From NCBI RefSeq assembly GCF_018977255.1, contig NW_024704742.1, positions 96,970,001 through 97,034,000 on the forward strand: a stretch of DNA of 64,000 bases, written 5' to 3'. Position numbers and translations under genes: made by a program. The DNA comes from Callorhinchus milii (Eukaryota). Shown here one piece after another: positions 11,970 to 24,312 of this stretch. The number at the start of each line of letters is the position of its first letter. The first letter of the stretch is position 1. The notes below the pieces were generated by a model. That model was not told the DNA's origin. It saw only the letters and a list, made by a program, of their open reading frames with translations, and ran no database searches.

Positions 11970-12088
11970 TAGCCTTAGTGATATTCAGCACTAGATTATC
12001 TGCCAATCAAATAGGATGTTCTGCAGGTTAGAGTGCCCACAAGTGGTGATATTCAGTGTTCATTTGACATGAATAATTTAATCTTCAG
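11970..12088 (+). pseudogene. GNAQ: Degenerate tandem duplicate of GNAQ exon 4 (exon 4*-like pseudo-exon)
   Basis: Boundaries ttcacag|T ... ATCTTCAG|gtattg. Reads SLSDIQH / DYLPIK*DVLQVRVPTSGDIQCSFDMNNLIFR versus exon 4 [43 protein letters not shown]. Length 119 bp versus 129 bp. Confidence 0.9.
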
Positions 12089-12543
12089 GTATTGATTGGG
12101 GCATAGTGTATATCTCCTATCTTCCACCGTTTTTGCAGTATGTTCTGATTTAATATTAACATGATCACATCCGCTTTAACTCTGAACTTTGGTTATGGGA
12201 TAGTGTAAAAAATTATATCTTGTGCTTATTCTAAGTAAATGTATTGCTTCTACCAAAACAAATTTTGGTTTAAAACAAAACTTTCAGGAATTTTGTAAGG
12301 CAATACTGAAAAAATACATCCCTCATCTGTGGATAGTGTGCACAATCTGGTGAGGAGTGGAAGTGAGATGTAAATATATTTCACATGTCACCTTTCTGAA
12401 TAAATGGTAATCTGGGGTAATTCTCTAGGACTTTTAGAGGCAATGCGAATGGCCATCAACCCAATCACACCCATTCTGTTTTGTCTCCCAAGGAATAATC
12501 GGGTCATAGTCTTTGCATTCCTGTTGTTTCTCCCTGTTTCCAG

Positions 12544-12672
12544 CTATCTTAAAGACTTGGACCGTATATCAGAACCTTCCTATCTACCCACTCAACAGGA
12601 TGTGCTTAGAGTTCGAGTCCCAACAACAGGGATCATTGAATACCCCTTCGACTTACAAACCGTCATTTTCAG
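12544..12672 (+). CDS. GNAQ: G protein alpha-q, coding exon 4 (129 bp; switch I, catalytic Arg183)
   Basis: [43 protein letters not shown]. Acceptor tttccag, donor AG|gtagaa. Phase matches exons 3 and 5. Confidence 0.98.
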
Positions 12673-13265
12673 GTAGAAGAAAAGCTGCTGAAAGACAGTG
12701 ACTGTTTTTAAAACTTCGATTTTTAGGAAATTTGAGCATCATTCAGTAAATTTCACTTTCTGCAGTACTGTAGTTGATTTGAATAGAATGAAAAGCACAT
12801 GCGAGAATAGTTTGGACCATAATGATTATTTAGATTATATTGAATGCTTATAAAAGTTAACCAAACATTTTAAAAAATGTTTATGAATTATAAAGTCAAA
12901 TTATACAATCTAAAGTATGTTTACATGACATTCAAATCTGATGTGAATAAACTATGAAATGTTTTGATTCTGCATTTCAAGATTGTAGATATTTCCCTAG
13001 TAAGAAAATGTGCAATGTTTATAGTGATTTTTTTACCATTTGAACGAGTGCAGAGTCACTGAAAATGATGCTCTTCAATGTTTTTCACTTCTAACATTGC
13101 AAATGTAAACTGGATGTAAAGTAAAATTTAAAGATTTCTTATAGATTGTACATCAAATACAAGAATTATTATTACATTGTGCTCTTTGTTTGATGTTTAG
13201 CTCATCGTAGCTCATTTTATTTTCACGAATAATTAACATTAGCTCAGTGAATGACGTGGTCGTGA

Positions 13266-13472
<207 letters not shown>

Positions 13473-14057
13473 TAGAAATCCATGAGAGTTTGAATATGCT
13501 GAACCGTGAGCATAATGTACTTTTTTTTGTAATTTTCAAACATTTGGCTTTATCTTCCAGATTAAGTAAGACTATTTGTTCAAATGTGAAAACGTATTCC
13601 TACCATAACTCTTGTCAGGCTGATTTTTCAATACTCCAGTGCATTGCACTCCCTGAAACCACAGAAAGGCTTGTAAAAATACATATATTTAAAGAACTAT
13701 ATTTAGTTATCAGACAGATGCTGCTAGGGAATATTAACATTGAATTAGCATTCTATGGCTGCTTTTATATTTTGAATGTATTTATATTACAATAACTAGA
13801 AGGATAGATACAGCTATTGCTCAGTTTCCACGCTCAATCAGCTTGAATCAGCTGTTACAAGCTGAAACTGATCACCATGTATTTTCAGAGCATCCAAACC
13901 GATCAATTGAAAGTTTAACATATACATGGGAACTTCTGTTTGTCTAGAATGAAATGCACACTGTTCTTTCCAGAAGGACGTAATCCCAGAAAGTTTAGGT
14001 CCAGTTTGACAAGAGCGAAAGTATAGGGATGTCAGAGTGTGCATTGGGTACTTCCTT

Positions 14058-15018
14058 GACACCAACTCTATCTTTCTGCTTCCACCCTCAACTCCAGGAC
14101 CACTGCTGTCCTGACAGACTGCCTGTCAGACATCAAGTCCTGGATGAGGACAAATTTCCTACAGTTGAATGTGAACAAGACTGAGGCCCTCCTGATTGGC
14201 TTGTGCCAGCGCCTCAGCACCTCAGGCTCTGGCAGCATCAACCTCCATGGTTGCACACTTCAACTCACCAGCCAGTTAGGAACCTCGGTGTCTTGTTCGA
14301 CCCTCAACTGTCTTTTCTTCCCTACATTCAAGCCATGATCTGCTCTGCCCTCCCTGACCTCCGTAACATCGCCCGACTCCGCCACTAACTCAACACTCAG
14401 GCCACTGAAACTCTTGTTCCTGCCTTCATCACCTCCAGGCTCGACTATGCAAACGCCCTGCTTGTCAGCCTTCCCAACTCCTCCCTCCACAGGCTGCAGA
14501 TAATCCAGAACTCTGCAGCCCGTGTCCTCTCCCGCACCAAACTCCATGACCCCATCTCCCCCCACTCTCGCCCGACTCTATTGGCTCCCTGTCCTTCAGA
14601 GGATCCAGTTCAAGATCCTGGTCCTCACGTACAACGCCCTCCACGGCCTCGCCCCACCCTACCTCTGTGACCTCCTAACCCCCTATCAACCTGCCCGTTC
14701 CCTCTGCTCAGCCGGCTCTGGCCTGCTCCACATCCCCCGACCCACCTGCCCCACCATTGGCGGGAGAGCCTTCAGCCACTCTGCCCCCAATCTCTGCCCC
14801 CATCCCCCATCACTCCACCTCGCCCCCTCCTTAGCCTCCTTCAAGTCCCGCCTCAAGACCCTCCTCTTCGACCATGCCATCAGCCATCCCCCTTCCCCTC
14901 CCCTCCCTTCTCCCCCCCTGACCCCAGCTCAGGTCTGAAATACTGTACACTGTCCAGCACTTTAGGACGTCTTTCCGACATGAAAGACGTTATACAAATG
15001 TAATCTTGTTGTTGTTGC
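14058..15018 (+). mobile_element. L2-clade LINE, 5'-truncated, relatively young
   Basis: Starts at the end of the RT YADD motif; ..WMRTNFLQLNVNKTE..LARLYWLP..; tail cttgttgttgttg. Highly similar to the 41.7-42.5 kb copy. Confidence 0.95.
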
Positions 15019-18000
15019 CTTGTAATATCCTGAAAGTTGCTTTGAAATCTCTCAGAAAATAACATTTTGTAAAGTGTTGCTACTCATTTTTGTTCCCGCA
15101 CCCCCACAATTGTTGCTCTATAAAACATCTCTAAAAGGTGTGACAGTCGACTTATCCTGCCTTCTCCCAATTTGGAAACAACTGGTCTCTGCTCTATGCC
15201 TCCCCAATTTGACATGGTTAAGATCAGAACCTTACCAACTTAAATTGATGGAATGCATCAGTTCTGAAAAGGAAATTAGCAGGTCTTAGATGGGGAGGGT
15301 GAAATCGAGTGAGAAGGGAAGAAACTTGATGCAAATTCTTTTCCGTTGAATGTTATGGGTTTGCTGCAAGATCGACTTGAGCTTTGATATCAAACTGCAG
15401 TTTGTGGACATGCATCTGTGTAGCAAGTTTCCTCTTTTGTTTATCTTTCTTCCAACAGGCTTCTTGTATATTTGTTAGTGCACTTTGTTCCTCACAACTC
15501 ACTGCCTGCTCATCCTATATGTTGGTGTCTTGTCATATTTATTGGTATATCACCACTCTTGTCTGTCTTATGTCTTCCTCACTTCCTGTTAGATTGTGAA
15601 TATTCCCAGTGTGCAGTAGTTTCCTGTCCAGTGCAACTGATAACTCTGGCTATTTCTCTTTGCTCTTGCAGTTCCAAGTCTATTGTCTGCTATTTTTCGT
15701 TCACCACCCTCTCTCTCTTCCTTTCTAATAATTACATTTCTGTAGTTACACAACTAAGTCATATGGGTAAATTGCAAGTGAGGAAAGAAAATTGGAATAT
15801 TAAATTGTAAGCAAAAATGAGCAAAATGGACAAAGACCATACAGTAGTAAGCAAGTGTGCACCCAGGGGAAAGGGAAATTATGTTGACAAAAGAACAATT
15901 TGAGAATAGTATTTTTTTTCCGGAATTTTTTAGCTGTTAATGTATCCATATTTTGTATTGAATTAGATTATAACATGATTCTTGATTTTTTAAAGTGAAT
16001 TGAAATATTCTAGTTCAATTTTAATTGTCATGTTCCGATCTATTTATAAAATTCATGATCAGTGTGGATAACTAATGCAGAAACTGATGCACGTTTTATT
16101 GTTTAGAGTTGTTGAGTCCATAGAAACATAGAAATGTTCAGCATCATTGAGTTTGTGCTACTCCCACTTGTACTATTAAGTCATCTTTTTATTAATCCCA
16201 CCTTCTATAATGTTCTTCTCCTTAATGTGCTACTGCCCAGTGTTTATCCAATTCCTTTTTGAATGATTCCATTGAGACAGCTTCTATTGTCACTTGGGAC
16301 AATTCATTCCAAGTCCTAACAATTTTCCTCTAACCTCTCTTCTATTTTTCATATTAACAATTCTGAGACCCAAATATTAGCTTAAAGGTGAAGTTATTGA
16401 TCTAAATGTTTATGAGCTATGCAGCTGCAAAAGCTTGTTTATTGTTGTATATTCAACTAGATTCATTAAATGGGCTTCCCACATTGCTGCTAGTGTGTGC
16501 ATGGTATGCATCTTGAAATAGAGAGGCTCACTCTCAGTGTGCCCCGTGTTTGTGTAAAAATAAATCTGAAGGGCATTAATGTTCTGGCCTTTCTGGTAAT
16601 TATAGGTCTACAATTGCTCATCAGTAACGCTAGCAAATGTTTTATTCCATATTTATGAAGAGAAATGTAAAAGCTTACTGAGTATGGCTAATAATGGTAG
16701 GAAAGTTTATTCAGCCTCACAATATAATTGTTGAATTAACAACAAAAATATTTTTTTAACACAAAATGTTGGAGCTGAATTATTCCAGGATATGTTTCTG
16801 TAACTAATTCAGTAATTTATTTAACCCACTGCTTCTGAGCATTCATAAAACAAATATTTGGAAGGACAAACACCCATATTGGACAGAGCAGATCAAAAAA
16901 AAAGATAATTCCTTGAAAACTCTTGTAAACTTGGAGGTGATATTGGTGAAACTTATTTAAAGAAATTTCTTCTCATGGCGGTGGTAATATGCAGTGATGT
17001 TAGCAATGAAGCCTTGCTGTCTGCATTTATGTGTATCCGATAAGATTGTATGTTGGTTAACTGCAAAACGTGTATCAGTGTTACTATAATTGTTCCAGCA
17101 CAAAGGAAAACTACAGTCATGTCCTGGTATAGCACATCTGCTTATAGGTTTATGCAATACACCTCTAGCTTTCAGCAGTAGCTGGCCAGCCTCCTGTAAC
17201 GAGAAAATTACATTAACAGTCATTGACATTGACCACCAGGAAGTGATGACTGGCTGGTATTTCTTAACATGCCACCTTATAACACTGGTCTGATTTTTGT
17301 TAATCAAAACAGTGTGTTATAATGGGGGATTACCGTATAAATAACAATTATATTGTGAGGCTGTGATTTTAACAATACATGTTCCTTACGGTTGATTACT
17401 TCATGGATGCCTCTTCATAAAAATTGTTTCAGATTACTGTTTCTTAAATGGTTTAAAACCAAAAACCAAATTAGTTACAGCAGCAGCTGAGCAAGAGGTA
17501 GGTGGAGAAATTGATAAAATCAAGTGAATGTACTAAAGTATATCATGTTGTGTTAACCATTCACATCATTGCTTTACCTAGTAACCAGTGTGTGTTCACT
17601 TAATTTCTCTCCTTGTTGCTCTGATGTATATTTTAGTATATTCTGTCTAATGTAATAATCTGTTTCATGTGTTTTACAAACGTAGCTTCTTTTAAATTTA
17701 ACCACGTGATAAGTGGATTTGCTATATAACTTATTGAAGACTTTCAATATCCGTCTAAAAAAATGTGCCTTTGGATGCATCTTCCCTCCCCCACCCCCAA
17801 ATCCTCTAACTCCCATGCAGCTTGAGCTCCCACTCCACCTAAATTTAAAGCGCTTTGACATTTTTTCCTACATGAAAGATGTGGGTAATTTGTTATTGAA
17901 TAGTAAGGACCTAGGGAGCGAGTTAGAAGACAGTGTGTGAAATTTACAGAAGAGTGAAAATTGAATAGATAAAAGCTTCACCTGGAGATTCTATTCCCTT

Positions 18001-21000
18001 CCTGTTGTCTCCTTATTTTATATTATGCAAGTTTTGCTGTTAAATCTTGGTACAACATGTTTGTTTTCTAGAGCATTGTAGTCTCAATGTGGTGCTGAAC
18101 AACGCACATACACACACACAACATTATACTCCCTTGTGATGCAATTACTGTAAGTTTGATAGGAAACCTTTAACATTTTCAGGAAAGTATTTGGGAGAAT
18201 AGTGCTGTTTGTACATGTGTACACATAATTGTATCTAAACATTTATTTTAAAAAGAGTACTCTGTGCTTATTAAATGAAAAGGTATTTTAATAGAGTTTT
18301 CAATAATGAGTACCATTGTTCCACACCTCATTTTCTCATGGAGAAAAATAAATATTTCTGTATCACTGATGATTTTGACTTGATACTTGGAATGGCAGTA
18401 GAGTCTCCAGAGATCAGACCCACAGAAGTTCTTGAGGCCTGAATTGTTTTTCAAAAAAACTGCAGTAAATCAGCTTCCAAATTAAAGCAATTTTTGCAAA
18501 ATTCTGCAAAAAAATTTTAAGACAACAATTTCAGGCCTCCCACTGGTATTGTTTTGGTATTGTAACTTGTCATCTCTAAAGACTCAGCTTAATGGTGTGT
18601 TATTCTGGGTGGTAAACACTGCAGATGGAATTATCGTGAATGGTAGCCTGGAGTGCTAAGTAGGTTGTCACTAGTTGTTATTAATGCAAACTGAGGATCA
18701 GGGACTGTAGGAGCAATGGTGTGCAGAAAAGGTCTGGAATTTGACACCCACTTCATAAAGCAGCAGGAATCAATAGATAAATGAGAGATCAATCTGCTTA
18801 GCAGCAGGTGGGTACAATCCTATAGGTCAGCAGTGAATATCCACAGCAACAATCTTAAGTGTATCAGTTACATAATCCAAACCAACATGGTACTTTGTCT
18901 TGAACAAGCTACCTTAATTGACCTCCTGGCATCCTCAAGTATTAATGCTAGTAAGTTGTCTTTAATTAACATAGGTCTACCTAAAGCCTTCATTGCTCTG
19001 CCCTTATTTCCTTCAGTATTCATTGCATCCTATATGAGAGAAATATATTTGCAGAAGTAAGTTAAATTTTAAACCAGATTTCTTTCTATCAGCCTTTCTC
19101 AATTGATAGCACTCTCACCTCCAAGTTAAACGGTTGTGGGTTCAACTCCACATTGAAAATTAGTATCGGTCTCTGACTGTCTGTTTCCATCTGTCTGTCT
19201 GTCCCCTTTTAAACTTTCCAATTGATTCTGCACCCATTGCTTTCTGGGACAGTGTATTCCAATTTCTCACAACGTTTTGTGTGAAGAAGTGTCTACTGAC
19301 GTGTAATTAATTGATTGAATTTGGGGCATGGCAACTCTCCATGTTGGATTTCAGCTTTTGGCACCACAAGGTGGTGGGAGGCAGGTTTGATTCTCAATCT
19401 ACTGCGTTCCTCTTTCAATAATGGGAAGGTGCCTCCTCGCAGAAAAGAAGAGAAAATTACTGCAGACATAAACAGAATTTTTTTTCCCATCAAACTTATG
19501 GTTCTTTCCCTCCCAACTAATTCTCAGTTCATAAGATACATGGGTTGCTTGCTTCCAAGTTCCAGTTACTACTTTTGCCAGATCCCAGAAAATTAATGGA
19601 GGTGACAAACACCCTGTGGTCATCATCTTCTTTGATTCCAAGGACCTGTTCAGTTTCTTCTTAAAATGTTTGGATTATTAGTAAATGTGCCTGTCTGGTC
19701 ACTCAATCTAAAGAGATCCCACATATGGACCAGCCATGAGGTCATCATGTACAAACACTGCCCCTCGTACTAGTTGTTGAGATACACTGACTTAACCCAG
19801 TTAAAATAAGAAGTCTGCAAATACTACTAAATGAAATACATTTCTAATTGACCTTCGGAAGTGAGTTTACTCTTTGCTTCAGGGTTATAGACTAGGAACT
19901 AAGTGAGAGAGGTTTATATGCTTTGGTAAATCAACAAACTAGGAAACTAAAACCATTAAAACTGCTTTTGCAAGGAAGGCTCGGCGTGCCCATGGTCTGT
20001 CACACTTACTGAGATAAACCATGTTCAAGCTGCTTACTGTAGTACATAAACATACATTCTTGATTGTGCTCCAAAGTAAATTCTGGCTTTGTGGCTGAAT
20101 TAGTCCACGTTAATTTCCAGTATAATTTTGATTGCTCATTCATTTATTCATTCATTCATTCATTCTCCACATACCACTGGTAATGATGTAAAACCGTATG
20201 CTAATAGAGGATGTTTTTTCAGGATCCTTGTCCCTTTGAAGTACATATATGTCCTTCTCCTTTCCACTTTTTATTAGGGGAGAATGCACTTGGCAAGAAG
20301 AATAATCCTTGCATTTGATATAATGCCTTTCAAAAGGACATCTCAAAGCGCTTCATGAGATTCACTGAAAAAACAACCAAATTACATTTGTATAGCGCCT
20401 TTCACGTCAGGAGCTTCATGGAATTCACTGAAAAGTGTTGACTGCATTTTGCAGTTGAATGCAGCAGCCAATTTGCACAAAGTAATGTCCCACAAACAAC
20501 TGTGATACGAATGACCATGCAGAGGTGGGATAATGATTCTGCAGAGTTTAGTGAGGCAGAGGGTCTGGGCTGCAGAGTTCCGGATGAGCTGGAGCTCATG
20601 GAGGCCAGGAAGTAGTGTATTTGAGAAATCAAGTCTGAAGGTTATGAAGATGTGAATATGGAATTAGGCAGTAGAAGGCAAAGATAATGGGGACCCACAG
20701 AATAAATAATAATCCTTACATTTGGTATAGTGCCTTTCACGTCAGGATGATATCTCAAAGTACTTCGCAGGATTTACTGTAAAGTGTAATAACTATATTA
20801 CGGTTAAGGCAGATGCCAATTTGTACACAGCAAGATTCCACAAACAGCCTTGAAGTGAATTACCAATTTTAACGAAGAGATTATCCTTGTGAAAGGTGCT
20901 ATAAAAGTGTAAAATGTTTAATTAAAATGGTCTTGTACATATTATTGCCCACTTCTCAGTTGCATTGAGGAATTAAAAAACATTAAAGTTGTGAGACTAT

Positions 21001-23097
21001 TTTATTTTTGGAATGATGCTGATACTGTTGTAATAATAATACTTGCATTTTGAATAGCATCTTTCATGACAGGAGGATGTCCTAGAATACTTCCCAGGAT
21101 ATATTGTCAAGTAAAGTATGTCTGTGTTTTTGTCGCCCTAAAATGTAATGCACTGGTTATGTAGAAAGACTTGGGAATTTAGGAATAGCAGAAGGCCATT
21201 CAGCTCACCGATCCTGCTCTGCCACAGACCATTCAGTTGTACTACATATTATCACCACTTCCCTGCTTTCACCCACAAAATATACAGTCAATTCACTTTA
21301 CAGTATATTCTGTGAAGCGCTATGAGACGTCTCAAAGATGTGATAAGGTGCTATATCAAATGCAAGGATTATTATTCTCACCATATCCTTTAATAATCGT
21401 TTCTTGTAAGGAAGTATACGCAACGTATGAGTGATTCCAAAACAAAGCAATATAATTAATATTCAGTACGGTTAAAGGAAAAGCTATAGGTACGCGCTGC
21501 ACAAATAATTACAAAACTAGTTTTAGTTAAAAAGTAATAAACTTCCCTGTGTACTTTTCCTTGTTTACCCTTTATTCTCCTGAAGGTGGCATCTCAGGAC
21601 TAGATACAGTTGGCAACAGTTTTTTGGTGTCTCGCCAAATGACTATTGTGTGATCCTGCACAATAAATATTGTCAGGTTGTTTAATTATTCAAGGAAGAC
21701 AGTCCTGTCCTCACTTCTTCTCCTCACAGGTTCATTCCATTGGCCTTGGTCACTGGATAGAAATTGAGAACAGGAATCTTGTATCCTCTTTCCCTTCTCA
21801 GCGTCGGAGAGTCAAGGCCAAAAAGCCCCTCCAACTACAACCGAAGCCAAGTTTGATTTAAACAACACAGACTGAAATTTTCCTGGGTTATATCCAATAT
21901 AATGTAGTGTTTTGTGGAAAATGCATGTATTTGCAGTTCAGTTTTATTGTCTTATGCAGGTTAGAACCATTCATTTTGCTTGGAAGTGAAGCAATAAAGT
22001 TCCTTACAAAGTCAGGAACCGAATGAAAAGGCTTCTATTTTCTTTGTGTGCCATTACATCTAAAGGAGCCCATTGCTCCAAATTGGCACATTCATTGTAC
22101 TGCTTTGAAAATGTGTAGTATTCTCAGTGGCGTAATAGTCCTGGAACACCAACACACAATTCCCTGGAGTGATGGGTTGTAGGAACATGAATACCCATGA
22201 AACCTACTCACTCTACCTCCTGATCACAGCGTGTTGCTGTGGGGAAAAATGCTAAGTGAATGCTGAGTGCTGAGTGCACCTCCACAGGGAAAAAAGGAGG
22301 AGTCATATTTGGACTCCATTCTCATGCCTTCTCAGTTTCTAGTGATAAAAAAAGCATTTTCAGAGCTCTGGGAGCAATTTAGCTGTAAAACTGTTGCAGA
22401 TCCATTAAGCGGATAGACCCAACTAAGCATAAAGAAATACTTAAAATAGAAATGGTACTGTAGGTAATAAGTATTAAGCTTATTCACTTGTTGCACAAAA
22501 TATGTTTTAAAAAGCTTCTGCAAATGTTTTTGTGTACATTAAAGCTGCAGATCTGGGAGTCTCTTGTCTAGTTTTGAACCCTTCTATTGAACAGCTAAGC
22601 GAGCAAATAATGCAAACAAAACTTCCTGAAAAACACAATAGTGATCTGTCCCATCCTGGCACCAAATTTACAATCTGGAGATAACTTGTGTAAACAGTTC
22701 TTCAAGGTGATTTAGAGCCTTATGGTTTTTTAAAACCTGAGGTCTGGTATCAGTTAGACCACTAACGCAGCTTTGTCAGTTGCTCAGCTTTTAAAAGAGC
22801 AAAAGTTCTGGAAATCAGATTCTTCCTCATTTATTCACCCTACATACAACAGAATATTTGCCTTTAATCTTTCAGAGAAAAGTTATGTGAGGACACTCTC
22901 CTGTAAGTATTTTCCTCCTCAAGTGTTAGCTAACCTTACCCTTCCCTTCCCCTCCCTCCCCACAGTGTGTACTTAGTCTAATTTTGCAATTATCACCAGT
23001 ACTCTTGACAGATGATTACTTCCTGGCTGGCCTTGAATCCATGTCTTCAGTGATAAACTGCAGTGCCTCAGCACTTATCTACTTTCCGTTTCTGTGA

Positions 23098-23286
<189 letters not shown>

Positions 23287-23450
23287 TAAATTGTGGTACA
23301 TAATGATTCTGCATTGCCTCCCAGATCCCCATTGTTTCTGTGAAGCATTTGATAAATTCATTCCATATTACACTTCTGTACAAGAAAAAAATAATACAGC
23401 TGACCAGATGTATTATTATACTGTTCAAAATGCTGTGAAAGCAGTAGGTC

Positions 23451-23580
23451 TATTATGCACCATGTGTAAATACAGAACTATTATGCGCAATGTGTAAAAA
23501 CAGGAGTAACATGCGCAGTGTGTAATAATAGGAGTATTAATGATGTGTGTAAGGATAGTATAATGCACCATGTGTACAGA
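23451..23580. repeat. Degenerate ~28-bp minisatellite, 4-5 units
   Basis: tattatgcaccatgtgtaaatacagaac / tattatgcgcaatgtgtaaaaacaggag / taacatgcgcagtgtgtaataataggag ... Confidence 0.75.
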
Positions 23581-23894
23581 GAATTAAAGGTGCACTTGAT
23601 TATTAGTTAACCCTTGGAAAGGATTTATTAATAATGTAACTTACCAATCTTTTTCATTTCTTTAATGATATAAGTACATCTATTTGCCAGTCAGCTGATC
23701 TGTGCACATAGTTTGCACGTGGTGCACAATGCAAATACAAACATATTTGATCACCTACAGGTAATTATGACGAATTATAGAAAACGGAAGCACTTTGAGA
23801 TTTTTCGATTTGAGAAGGTACATCAAGCGCAAAGATTATTATTATAATAGACACAACTAATTCGGTAAAATTCCATAGATGAAGCAAATGATCA

Positions 23895-24312
23895 GGTAAA
23901 CTGGGTATGTTCATGCTGTTGAAGAGAAGGTTGAGTGGAGGTATGATTACCGTCTTTAAGATTCTAAAGGGACTAGATAACGTAGACCATGATTAGCTGT
24001 TTTAACTTGTGCTGAACAGTAGAACCATAGGACACGGCCTGCGATTGAAGGAGGGTAAATTCAGAACGAATCTGCAGAGACATTACTTCAGTGAGAGAGT
24101 AGTAAACTTATGGAACAGGCTCCCTAGGGAGACAGTGGAAGCAGAAAGTGTTGTTTGTTTCAAGAACAAATTAGGTAATTAATATCTAGAAAATAATATC
24201 TTGGAATACAGCATGTAGTTTGGGACACAACATGTCATGTGAGTGCCAGGATGATGGAAGGCAAACTCGATTGACCCTGGTCTTTTTTCTAGCTAATTTC
24301 TTATGTTCTTAT
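23895..24312 (+). mobile_element. CR1-clade LINE 3' fragment
   Basis: Encodes KRRL.G.MITVFKILKGLDNVD...HYFSERVVNLWNRLP; ends ttcttatgttcttat. Confidence 0.85.

Noticed and set aside
12404..12543. 5' extension of exon 4 via the upstream open frame or the acceptor cccaag at 12491-12492 (+51 nt)
   Set aside because: Splicing exon 3 (ending TA) to G12493 creates a TAG stop, and the extension has no G-alpha similarity.
23451..23580. CRISPR-like array
   Set aside because: It is a degenerate minisatellite without spacers, in a vertebrate intron.
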